From Methylococcaceae bacterium (lineage in GTDB: Bacteria > Pseudomonadota > Gammaproteobacteria > Methylococcales > Methylomonadaceae), in NCBI GenBank assembly GCA_012959905.1, contig DUCI01000090.1, positions 4,384 to 68,383 of the forward strand: 64,000 bases of DNA. Reading direction: 5' to 3'. This document shows, piece by piece, positions 20,727 to 29,313 of the stretch. The notes under the pieces were generated by a model. The model was not told where the DNA came from, did not search any database, and saw only the letters and a program-made list of their open reading frames with translations. A program made the translations under genes and the position numbers. Every line of letters begins with the position of its first letter. The first letter of the stretch is position 1.

Positions 20727-20789
20727 GTTATTTCAGTTATGTAGTGCCAAATGGTGTTGGCTCTGCGCACATGTAAGGGATAAAGTGAA

Positions 20790-22094
20790 ATGACCGGTGA
20801 AAAAGAGCTTCATAAAATTGTTATTGTCGGCGGCGGCGCCGGAGGTTTGGAATTGGCATCCAGTCTAGGTCGACAGTTGGGGCGCAAGAAACAGGCGGAA
20901 ATTACCTTAGTAGACGCATCCTATACGCATATTTGGAAGCCGTTGTTGCATGAAGTGGCTGCGGGTTCTTTTGCTGAAGCGGATGAAATAGAATACTTAG
21001 CGCAAGCGCATCGTTGTCATTTTCAGTTTCGTTTAGGGCGTATGGAGGGTCTCGATCGGGACAATAAGGCGATCTTTGTGAGTCCAACAGTCACAAAAAG
21101 TGGTGACGAAATCATTCCGAAGCGGGTTTTTAATTACGACACCTTGGTTATTAGTGTCGGTAGCGTTAGTAATATATTTAATGTCAGTGGAGTCAATGAG
21201 CACTGTTTATTTCTTGATACGCCTTATCAGGCTTATCGTTTTCAGAAAAGATTGGTTGAGCGTTATATTCGGACGCACACCAAGGATCAAAGTAAAAATA
21301 AATGTTTGTCTATTGCTATTATCGGTGCAGGGGCGACAGGCGTTGAATTATCAGCGGAGCTTTTAGATGTTAAGAAACAATTTTCAATGTATGGCTTGGA
21401 TGACATTACGGTTAAAGTAACGATTATCGATACGGCAGCTCGTTTATTGCCGGCACTCTCGGAGAAATTGGCCTTAGCGGTTCATAAGCAGCTACATAAG
21501 CTCGGTGTGGAATTAAAATTAGGCCAGCAAGTGGTGGGCGTAACAGAAAAAGGGGTGCGTTTAAAGAACGGGGATATTGTTTTGGCTGATATTAAAGTCT
21601 GGGCAGCAGGCATTAAAGGTCCTGATTGGTTAGCGGATTTAGACGGTTTAGAGGTTAATAGGATTAATCAGCTGGTTGTTAAGCAGACGTTAGAAACCAC
21701 AGAAGATGGTGATATTTTTGCAATGGGTGATTGTGCCGCTTGTCCATGGCCAGGACATGACCGGACTGTACCGCCGCGAGCACAAGCCGCGCATCAACAA
21801 GCGATCACCTTGGCAAAGACATTGACTAATCGTGTGCAAGGTACGCATGAAACGATTGCTTATATTTACCGTGATTATGGCTCATTAGTGGCTCTGGGGC
21901 GGCATTCAACCGTGGGTAGTTTAATGGGTAATTTGATGGGTTCTGTGAGCGTGGGAGGGGTTATTGCCCGTTTAGTTTACCTGTCGTTATATAAAATGCA
22001 TCAAATAGCCATTCATGGTTATTTTCGAACGGCGATGTTAACCTTATCTAATTTGTTTAGGCGTAGTACACATGCGCGTATTAAAATGCACTAG
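20790..22094 (+). CDS. ndh: Type II NADH dehydrogenase (NDH-2)
   Basis: IVIVGGGAGGLE dinucleotide fold, IWKPLLHEVAAG and a second IIGAGATGVE fold. 434 aa. Confidence 0.9.
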   Translation: MTGEKELHKIVIVGGGAGGLELASSLGRQLGRKKQAEITLVDASYTHIWKPLLHEVAAGSFAEADEIEYLAQAHRCHFQFRLGRMEGLDRDNKAIFVSPTVTKSGDEIIPKRVFNYDTLVISVGSVSNIFNVSGVNEHCLFLDTPYQAYRFQKRLVERYIRTHTKDQSKNKCLSIAIIGAGATGVELSAELLDVKKQFSMYGLDDITVKVTIIDTAARLLPALSEKLALAVHKQLHKLGVELKLGQQVVGVTEKGVRLKNGDIVLADIKVWAAGIKGPDWLADLDGLEVNRINQLVVKQTLETTEDGDIFAMGDCAACPWPGHDRTVPPRAQAAHQQAITLAKTLTNRVQGTHETIAYIYRDYGSLVALGRHSTVGSLMGNLMGSVSVGGVIARLVYLSLYKMHQIAIHGYFRTAMLTLSNLFRRSTHARIKMH

Positions 22095-22120
22095 TTTTTT
22101 AAGATTTTATTGGGATAGTT

Positions 22121-22642
22121 ATGTTTGAAGTAGAGTACGATTTAGTAGAAGACGATTTAATTCATTTTAATGAGAAGCGATTTTCAGGAACTGAACAAGC
22201 TAGAAAAAGAATGCGATTTGGGCAAGGGATTGTGCCCGCCATTTTGGTTATGATTGGGCTTTTTTATGGCCTTTTACTTAAAGATGAATACACCGGTTTG
22301 TTTACGGTTGTCTTTGCTGTAGTGTTGGTTTTTGGTATGCCATTTTTTAGTCGATGGGACATGCGTAGACGATTTAAGAGGCAGTATAGCGAAGAAGAAA
22401 AAGCTAATATTTTAGGACATTATAAATTAACTATTGAACCGAAAGTATTGGTGGAAGTTTCGCCTTCCGGTGAAAATGCGATGGCATGGAAGGAATTGTT
22501 ACGTGTTGAATACGGCGAAAAATATGTTTATATCTATATCGATATTGATACGGCATTAGTTATTCCGGTTCGTTCGGTGACCTCAGGGGATTTGGAAAAG
22601 TTCGCTGAGCAGGCTGATAAGTTGATAGACCGCTATAGCTAG
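22121..22642 (+). CDS. YcxB-like membrane protein (hypothetical)
   Basis: 173 aa with two central TM helices and a C-terminal soluble part. The family assignment is tentative. Confidence 0.5.
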   Translation: MFEVEYDLVEDDLIHFNEKRFSGTEQARKRMRFGQGIVPAILVMIGLFYGLLLKDEYTGLFTVVFAVVLVFGMPFFSRWDMRRRFKRQYSEEEKANILGHYKLTIEPKVLVEVSPSGENAMAWKELLRVEYGEKYVYIYIDIDTALVIPVRSVTSGDLEKFAEQADKLIDRYS

Positions 22643-22662
22643 CGGTGCATGATTGAGTTTTT

Positions 22663-22700
22663 AAAAAAGCAATGCAGTGCCAAAACGGTGTTGCTTTTTT
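22663..22700 (+). terminator. Rho-independent terminator candidate
   Basis: aaaaaagcaa (22663-22672) pairs with ttgctttttt (22691-22700), leaving a U6 tail after the GCAA...UUGC stem. The A-tract/T-tract symmetry could allow bidirectional action. Confidence 0.55.
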
Positions 22701-23093
22701 AATCACCGATTAGTACGGTAAAGCCTTCAAAAACAGGGTGTTACTGATATGGCGCACGGTTTCCCCTAGCGTTTTTATGCGCCGACCTAAAGGCCTCTGA
22801 TTTTGTCCATTGGCTGAAGTCTTCTTTTAAATCCCACGTGCCATGAGAAATATAAAGGGTATGGGATGGTTTCGAATTTCCTTTGCCACGGTTAATTTTA
22901 AATCGGTTGATGGCTATATATAATATAGGCCCTCTCTTTAAAGTGTATTTAAGGGATGAGAGTCAGTATTTAAACAGATTATATTCTCTGATCAAAATAG
23001 AATAGTTACCACGGGTTTATTTTGTAACACAACCATGGGTTGTGTTTTATGATCTGGGCTTATCATGATGAAATAGAGGGTCTTGAAACTTAA

Positions 23094-23123
23094 TTGTTTT
23101 TGGTTAAATAGAAGTCTTATAAT
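23094..23123 (+). promoter_or_regulatory. Putative sigma-70 promoter of yheS
   Basis: -35 TTGTTT (23094-23099), 18-nt spacer, perfect -10 TATAAT (23118-23123). Lies about 34 nt upstream of the GTG start. Confidence 0.5.
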
Positions 23124-23156
23124 GCAGCCCTAATTAAGTAAACTGGATGAAAGGTA

Positions 23157-25043
23157 GTGCTGAACTTTAAAAATATTAGCTTGCGCCGTGGAGAACGGCT
23201 GTTGTTTTCTGGCTTGTCTTTCATTATTCACAAGGGGCAGAAAGTAGGGGTAACCGGTGCCAATGGAACCGGTAAATCCAGTTTATTTGCGATGATTCGT
23301 AATATTATTCATTCAGATGAGGGCGATTTATCAATGCCCCAGGGTATTGAAATAGCTCATGTTGCACAAGAAACGCCCGCTATTTCTAGAACAGCGATTG
23401 ATTATATTATTGATGGCGATAGAAAATTACGAATAATACAGCAACAATTAGCCGATGCTGAGCTAGCTAATAACGGTATTAAGCAGGCAGAAATTCATGT
23501 AAAACTTGATGATATCGGGGGTTATACGGCGCAAAGTCGAGCATCGCGACTCATGGACGGTTTAGGGTTTTTGGTGACTGATGAGACACGGCCGGTGATG
23601 GAGTTTTCAGGGGGGTGGCGGATGCGTTTGAATTTAGCGCAAGCGTTAATGAGTCGTTCGGATATGCTTTTGTTGGATGAGCCGACAAACCATCTTGATC
23701 TGGATGCTGTTATTTGGCTTCAAGACTGGTTAATTAGGTATCCGGGCACCTTGTTGTTAATCTCACATGATCGTGATTTTTTAGATGCGATTGCTGATCA
23801 TATTATGCATATTGAACAGAATAGCGCACAAATGTATACCGGTAACTACACTGTTTTTGAACGGTTGCGTGCCGAGAAGCTTGCACAACAACAAGCAGCC
23901 TATGAGCAACAACAAAAAGAAATTGCGCATATTCAAAGTTTTATTGATCGCTTTCGTGTTCAAGCAACCAAGGCAAAACAGGCGCAAAGTCGTATTAAAA
24001 CATTGGAGCGAATGAACTTTATTGCCCAAGCGCATGTTGATTCGCCTTTTAATTTTAGTTTTAAAGACCCCGGAAAAATCCCCAATCAATTATTAACCTT
24101 GGAATCGGCAGATATTGGTTACGGTGATAAAGCGATTTTGAAAGCGGTTGATTTATTTATTAGCCCGGGGGATAGAATTGGGTTGCTGGGGAAAAATGGT
24201 GCCGGTAAGTCCACTTTGGTTAAATGTTTAGCGGGTGAGATTTCTATTTTATCGGGCGTCCGTCAAGGCGCGGAGGCATTAGATATTGGTTACTTTGCGC
24301 AACATCAATTAGAGCAATTGCGCGTGGAAGAAAGTCCTTTGTGGCACCTACAGCATTTGGACCCATTAGCGAGTGAAAAAGAATTAAGAAATTTTTTAGG
24401 GGGATTTGATTTTGTCGGTGATAAGGTCTTGGGCCCTGTACGGCCTTTTTCCGGAGGTGAAAAAGCTCGATTAGTTCTGGCGATATTAGTTTATCAAAAC
24501 CCTAATTTACTTTTACTTGATGAGCCCACTAATCATCTTGATCTAGAAATGCGTCACGCCCTAAGTATGGCCTTACAGGACTATCGGGGTGCGCTGATTG
24601 TGGTGTCGCATGATCGGCATTTAATTCGTTCGGTTACGGATAAATTGATTTTTGTTGATGAAGGTACCGTACAAGTTTTTTCAGGTGATCTTGATGATTA
24701 TCAACATTGGGTTGAAGATAAGAAAAATATTAATAACACGGAGAAGGCGATAGAAGAAGGCGTTTCACGTAAAGATCAGCGCCGGCTAGAGGCGGAAAAA
24801 CGAAAGAAGCTCAAGCCACTTAGGGATATTTTGTTGAAGGTTGAAAAGACGGTTGATCAGTTTCACCGGGAGCAGACAGAAATAGAACAAGCACTGTCTG
24901 ATGCGACCATCTATCAGGAGGCTCAAAAAGAGCAGTTAAAAAAAATACTGAAAAGAAAGGGTGAGTTGGATCTATTGGTTCAGGGTGCTGAGAACCGATG
25001 GCTAGAGATTACTGAAGAGATGGAAAGTTTTGATGGGGGGTGA
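23157..25043 (+). CDS. yheS: ABC-F family ATPase YheS
   Basis: Two ABC cassettes, a linker QSFIDRFRVQATKAKQAQSRIKTLERM and a C-terminal coiled-coil. Collinear with E. coli YheS. GTG start. Confidence 0.85.
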   Translation: MLNFKNISLRRGERLLFSGLSFIIHKGQKVGVTGANGTGKSSLFAMIRNIIHSDEGDLSMPQGIEIAHVAQETPAISRTAIDYIIDGDRKLRIIQQQLADAELANNGIKQAEIHVKLDDIGGYTAQSRASRLMDGLGFLVTDETRPVMEFSGGWRMRLNLAQALMSRSDMLLLDEPTNHLDLDAVIWLQDWLIRYPGTLLLISHDRDFLDAIADHIMHIEQNSAQMYTGNYTVFERLRAEKLAQQQAAYEQQQKEIAHIQSFIDRFRVQATKAKQAQSRIKTLERMNFIAQAHVDSPFNFSFKDPGKIPNQLLTLESADIGYGDKAILKAVDLFISPGDRIGLLGKNGAGKSTLVKCLAGEISILSGVRQGAEALDIGYFAQHQLEQLRVEESPLWHLQHLDPLASEKELRNFLGGFDFVGDKVLGPVRPFSGGEKARLVLAILVYQNPNLLLLDEPTNHLDLEMRHALSMALQDYRGALIVVSHDRHLIRSVTDKLIFVDEGTVQVFSGDLDDYQHWVEDKKNINNTEKAIEEGVSRKDQRRLEAEKRKKLKPLRDILLKVEKTVDQFHREQTEIEQALSDATIYQEAQKEQLKKILKRKGELDLLVQGAENRWLEITEEMESFDGG

Positions 25044-25126
25044 GCCCGGTGTTGTGGCTAAGTTCAGAGGTTGGCTTACTTTCTGTTAAGCCTAGAAAAG
25101 CGGTCGTTAGTTTTTGTGTCGGTGCT

Positions 25127-26221
25127 TTATCTGTTCTTGGGTAAGGTAAACCAGAATTGACTGCCTTTATTAATAGCACTACTAACGCCTATCGTGCCGT
25201 TGTGAAGGGTAACAAATTCCTTGCAAACGATAAGGCCAAGCCCCGTGCTCTTTGTGATAATGCTTTCATTCTGGGGTGGCTGGTTTTTAGGGTGTGTGAA
25301 AAGCGTTTCAGCCACTGCTGTAGCGATGCCAACCCCGGTGTCGGTAATGCTAATTAAGATATGGTTATCAACCCTTTCTGCAGTCACTGAGATAGCGCCA
25401 TCCTGAGGGGTGAATTTTATCGCATTGTGGAGTAGGTTTCTGATGATAGTTTGAAACATAAAAAGGTCGGCATTAACGGTCAGTGCTGAGGCTATTTTGA
25501 CGTTGAAGGTAATGTTTTTACGGTTAATTTCGACATCAAATGCGTGTTGACTGTCTTTTAAATGGGGTTCTATTTCGAACTCGATTTTTTTAGGTTTAAG
25601 TGCGCCTTTTTGAGATTGCGCCCAATATAAAAGATTTTCTAGCAGTTTATGTATGTTGTTGAGAGAATTGTATATGGCTGAGTATAGTCCAGAAGACTTA
25701 TCGTTGTTTTCGTTAAGGAGGCTGGCGTCAAATAGGCCGAGGATAAAGCCAATAGGCCCTTTTATGTCATGGGCAAGGATTGAAAATAATTTATCCTTCG
25801 TTTGATTGGCGGTAAGTAGATCTTCTTCCAAGTTAAGTCGGTCAGTGATATCCGTTGAAATACCACACATTCCAATAATCTGGCCGTGGTCATTTTTTAT
25901 CGGCTTCTTGACGGACCAATAAGTTCTTAATTCACCGCTAGCAATGATAATATTGTTTTCTTCGGATTCAATGTGTTCGCCATGGTCTAAGACCCGACGG
26001 TCATTTTTTTGTAACTGATTGAATGTCGATAGATCAAAGAAAGCCGAATCGGTTAAACCAATTATTTCACTTAAACGGCTTTCAAAAAGGTTGCAAACCA
26101 TTTTATTCGCATAGGTATAACGGCCTTGCGGGTCTTTTGTGAAGACATAGGCGCCAACGTGATCTAATGTTTCTGATAAGCGCTGTATTTGTTCGTTAAG
26201 TTTTTGTTCTGAGGGTGTCAT
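25127..26221 (-). CDS. Cytoplasmic PAS-domain sensor histidine kinase (orphan)
   Basis: PAS region (YVFTKDPQGRYTYANK...GISTDITDR), phospho-acceptor FSILAHDIKGP, and HATPase N/G boxes (LHNAIKFT, DTGVGI, GLGL). No TM segment and no adjacent response regulator. Confidence 0.8.
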   Translation of the reverse strand: MTPSEQKLNEQIQRLSETLDHVGAYVFTKDPQGRYTYANKMVCNLFESRLSEIIGLTDSAFFDLSTFNQLQKNDRRVLDHGEHIESEENNIIIASGELRTYWSVKKPIKNDHGQIIGMCGISTDITDRLNLEEDLLTANQTKDKLFSILAHDIKGPIGFILGLFDASLLNENNDKSSGLYSAIYNSLNNIHKLLENLLYWAQSQKGALKPKKIEFEIEPHLKDSQHAFDVEINRKNITFNVKIASALTVNADLFMFQTIIRNLLHNAIKFTPQDGAISVTAERVDNHILISITDTGVGIATAVAETLFTHPKNQPPQNESIITKSTGLGLIVCKEFVTLHNGTIGVSSAINKGSQFWFTLPKNR

Positions 26222-26385
26222 GATCGATAACTATGGATCAATAAAATGAATAAAAACCAGAGTATAGAATAAAGAGTTATCGGGGGGGTAGGTTATTTCA
26301 GACGAAAAATGTAAGTCGATATTTACGGCAATAGCCTCTTGGGTTAATTTTTGTTTTTTTGCAGACAGAGGAGTTTGTTTGAGTA

Positions 26386-26898
26386 ATGGATATTTTTATA
26401 AAGTTATTTTTGACCACCATTAGTATTTGTCGCTTTAGGAACGGTCCTCAGGCGTTGGATTATTCGCCCGGTTTTTTGCGGCTTGCAGTCTATATTTATA
26501 TTGCGGTAAACAGTGTTTTAATGCTGTTATCGGCAGATTGGGTTGCGGGGCTTGTGCAGGTTTTTGTTCAATTAGGACTGTTGGCAGGATTTACTTGGGG
26601 CGTGCTGTATGTTTTTGGTAATACACCGCGTTTTAGTCAAACATTAACGGCTTTGTTGAGCGTTGATAGTTTGATTAGTTTTTGTTCGTTGCCGGTTGTG
26701 GGTTTTTTAAAGTCAGAGATCTTGCCGGAAAAAGTTTTTCTGTTTTTATTAGTGATTATGTTGTGGCACTGGGGGGTTATGGGACATGTTTTTCGTCATG
26801 CGTTATCGCGGTCATTAGTGTCTGGTTTAGGCTTGTCTTTTTTGTTTTTTTATGGCTCTTATTATGTGGTTTTTCTGCTTCAGCGAACAATTAGTTAG
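26386..26898 (+). CDS. Hypothetical polytopic membrane protein
   Basis: 170 aa with about five hydrophobic helices. I recognise no motif. Confidence 0.5.
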   Translation: MDIFIKLFLTTISICRFRNGPQALDYSPGFLRLAVYIYIAVNSVLMLLSADWVAGLVQVFVQLGLLAGFTWGVLYVFGNTPRFSQTLTALLSVDSLISFCSLPVVGFLKSEILPEKVFLFLLVIMLWHWGVMGHVFRHALSRSLVSGLGLSFLFFYGSYYVVFLLQRTIS

Positions 26899-27103
26899 AT
26901 TTTTTGTGGATTTGGTGCTTAGTTCGTTGCTATACCTGACCGACATCGTTATAGTGAAGCCTGATTAAATTACGCTAAGGTAAAAGCCGCTACTAGGGTA
27001 GGTCTTTTTTTAAGTATCGAGCTTCGGGTTGGACGGAGATTAAGCGATTTTCAGCGGGTGTAACAAAAAATATTATTTAAGTATAAGGTTGGTGAAAAAA
27101 ATT

Positions 27104-27721
27104 ATGGCAACTGATGATAAAGAAGAGCAAAGCAGCGAGGGGTCGCAGGATAACAGCGTGGTTCAGAAACAAGAAATAATGCAGGATGATACCGCGGCAG
27201 AGCAAAGTACAGAATCCGATCAAAGTGTAGCATCGGAACAAAGTGTCTCGCCAAAGAAAGCCAAGGACTTAGAAACTAATAGCTATCAAGGGCATATAGC
27301 CGCCTATGATTCAAAGAATAAGACCGGGATACTCTCAACAAATAAAAACAATAAAAGTTATTACTTTGAGCTGGCTGATTGGCATGAAGATAACCAACCG
27401 TATGGTGGCTGTCTAGTGGCCTTTGATGCCGAAGAGGTACATAAGAAATACGGTAAAGTTCTTAAGATGGAACTCATTGGCGAGTATACCGGGCCACAAG
27501 GCGAGGCTGTTAAGTCGCGGCGTCTGGCTGTGTTCTTGTCTATCTGTCTGGGTGGGGCAGGGGCAGGGCGGTTCTATTTAGGGTTTTGGAAGTTAGGTAT
27601 CGCTCAAGTCGTTGCAACGGTTGGGACGTTGGGTTTTGCCGTTGTATGGGGGGTTTTGGAGGGAATTTTAATGCTGATGCATCGGATTGACAGAGACGCA
27701 CAAAACAGACCCTTAAAGTAA
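27104..27721 (+). CDS. TM2 domain-containing protein with acidic N-terminal region
   Basis: The C-terminus RRLAVFLSICLGGAGAGRFYLGFWKLGIAQ...GVLEGILML fits a TM2 domain. The N-terminus is acidic with [DE]QS[VT] repeats. I chose the ATG at 27104 over the TTG at 27089 given by the ORF track. Confidence 0.6.
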   Translation: MATDDKEEQSSEGSQDNSVVQKQEIMQDDTAAEQSTESDQSVASEQSVSPKKAKDLETNSYQGHIAAYDSKNKTGILSTNKNNKSYYFELADWHEDNQPYGGCLVAFDAEEVHKKYGKVLKMELIGEYTGPQGEAVKSRRLAVFLSICLGGAGAGRFYLGFWKLGIAQVVATVGTLGFAVVWGVLEGILMLMHRIDRDAQNRPLK

Positions 27722-27726
27722 CTAGA

Positions 27727-27759
27727 AGCCCGCCTGATGATGTAGACTCTGGGCGGGCT
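27727..27759. terminator. GC-rich hairpin between convergent genes (possible terminator)
   Basis: agcccgcc (27727-27734) pairs with ggcgggct (27752-27759). The loop is 17 nt and there is no clear U tract. Confidence 0.4.
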
Positions 27760-27769
27760 GATATCTGAG

Positions 27770-28177
27770 TTAGCTATAAATTGCATACAAGCCATCAAGG
27801 ACCAGGGTATTCGGACTGATCATACCGATTATCTTATCGTTTTCAATAACGGGTGCGCGAACGAGGTTGTAGTTAGCAAATAACCGAGCACATAATCGAA
27901 TATCCATTTCAGGCCGAACACAGATAACCGGCGTTTCCATAATTTCATAGACATTAACGCGATCGGGTGCCCTGTTTTTAGCCATGACTTGTCGCGCAAT
28001 ATCGCTGGATGTTATGAGACCAAATTCATCATGATCATGGCGCCGATTTACAATGATTGTTGAGGTTTTCGATGATTTCATTAATAGCAAGGCTGCGCTG
28101 ACGGTTGCATCACCATCAATGGTGCTAAAAGTTGTTTTCATAACATCTTTGACGGTTATCTTTTCTGAATGGCTCAT
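27770..28177 (-). CDS. CBS-pair domain protein
   Basis: 135 aa with two CBS repeats (VKDVM...TV..A..LM; VYEIM...V.P......A.LF). Its ATG overlaps the stop of the PII-like gene (ATGA). Confidence 0.8.
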   Translation of the reverse strand: MSHSEKITVKDVMKTTFSTIDGDATVSAALLLMKSSKTSTIIVNRRHDHDEFGLITSSDIARQVMAKNRAPDRVNVYEIMETPVICVRPEMDIRLCARLFANYNLVRAPVIENDKIIGMISPNTLVLDGLYAIYS

Positions 28178-28524
28178 ATTTCATCCTCAAGTTCATGGGT
28201 TAGTTCGTTGACTTGGTGCATAACGCCAATGGCATCATCGACATCAATTTTAAAAGCGATACCGGTTCCGGGTTTACTGTCAAATTCACCCGCGCTTGCT
28301 ATTTTTTCAAGAATGTAACGACTTAAATGCTCTTCAACTAAAAACAGTAAAACATTCCGTTGTGTTTCCAGGGTTAATCCTAAAAATGTTTTGGGCTGGT
28401 CGATTCCTTCGCCGCGGGCATTATTAATAACGGTTACGCCTTTAGCACCGTGACGACGCGCTGCATCGAGTACGGGTTCTGTTTTGTCCTCTTCGACAAA
28501 AGCGATAATTAACTTGAAGTGCAT
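28174..28524 (-). CDS. PII-like signal transduction protein
   Basis: 116 aa with a beta-alpha-beta x2 pattern like GlnB (KLIIAFV..., GVTVINNARGEG, a T-loop-like segment, NVLLFLV, GIAFKIDVDDAIGV). Confidence 0.7.
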   Translation of the reverse strand: MHFKLIIAFVEEDKTEPVLDAARRHGAKGVTVINNARGEGIDQPKTFLGLTLETQRNVLLFLVEEHLSRYILEKIASAGEFDSKPGTGIAFKIDVDDAIGVMHQVNELTHELEDEI

Positions 28525-28539
28525 AATTTAACCTCGATA

Positions 28540-29313
28540 TTAATAGGAAGATTTACGACGATTCAGCCAGTGGGAAATTTGGGCATAGGCTAAAACGGTC
28601 ATGATAGGGAATAAACTGGCAAAGGCGATGAGGCCAAAGCCATCGAGTAAGAGGCTGCGCCCGGGGATAGAAGAGGCCAGCCCTAGTCCTAGCGCAGTGA
28701 TCAAGGGAACCGTGACTGATGATGTGGTCACGCCACCCGAGTCGTAAGCTAGTCCAATGAGTAATTTAGGGGCGAAGAAAGTTTGAATAATGACGATGCA
28801 ATAACCGGTCACAATGTAGAGGTAGAGTTCGGTGCCGGTAATAATTCGATAACTACCGAGTGTGATCCCAAAAGCAACGCCCAGCGCAACCGCTAAGCGC
28901 AGACCTAAGGCATGAATAGTGCCGCCAGAAATAGTCTCGGCTTTTATGGCGACAGCCATGAGGGAAGGTTCAGCGAGAGTGGTCGCAAAACCAATGCTGG
29001 CGGCAAATAAGTAGACCCAGCCATAAGCATCCCAGTGGATTTCGGCGGGAGAGATATTGGGGGCGATAAAGTCAGGGTGAGTCAGTTGTTGAGCCATGAG
29101 TTCACCGAGAGGAAAAAGGGCGCGCTCAAGGCCTTCTAAAAAACAGGCAATCCCGACAAGAACAAAGATAAAGCCGATGATTGTTTTTTTAAGGTGTGGG
29201 ATGGGTTTCCGGATAATCAACAGTTGAAAAACTAAGATGATCAGCAAAATAGGGAGAATATCCCGGGCAGTTGCGCCTAGGGTATCGGCAAAATGACTAA
29301 GCCATTCAATCAC
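28540..29313 (-). CDS. DUF1538 family membrane protein (paralog B)
   Basis: 257 aa polytopic protein. Shares GLE.ALFP.GE.MAQ, TLAEP.L.A, YDSGGVTTSSVTVPLITALGLGLA and DGFGLIAFASL blocks with the upstream paralog. GTG start overlaps the upstream stop (GTGA). Confidence 0.7.
   Translation of the reverse strand: MIEWLSHFADTLGATARDILPILLIILVFQLLIIRKPIPHLKKTIIGFIFVLVGIACFLEGLERALFPLGELMAQQLTHPDFIAPNISPAEIHWDAYGWVYLFAASIGFATTLAEPSLMAVAIKAETISGGTIHALGLRLAVALGVAFGITLGSYRIITGTELYLYIVTGYCIVIIQTFFAPKLLIGLAYDSGGVTTSSVTVPLITALGLGLASSIPGRSLLLDGFGLIAFASLFPIMTVLAYAQISHWLNRRKSSY

Noticed and set aside
22649-22702. A 17-codon ORF (MIEFLKKQCSAKTVLLF) after the ycxB-like gene. Other 5-26 codon ORFs in the 22.7-23.1 kb gap were considered as possible leader peptides for the ABC-F gene.
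   Set aside because: It overlaps the terminator hairpin and has no ribosome-binding site. The yheS promoter candidate lies downstream of all of these ORFs, so they would not be in its leader.
23051-23080. tgatctgggcttatcatgatgaaatagaggg resembles part of the TPP riboswitch pyrophosphate-sensor helix (ACCUGAUCUGGAUAAUGCCAGCG).
   Set aside because: The CUGAGA element and the P1-P3 architecture are absent. The similarity covers only about 10 nt. The downstream gene (yheS) is unrelated to thiamine, and the predicted promoter lies downstream of this segment.
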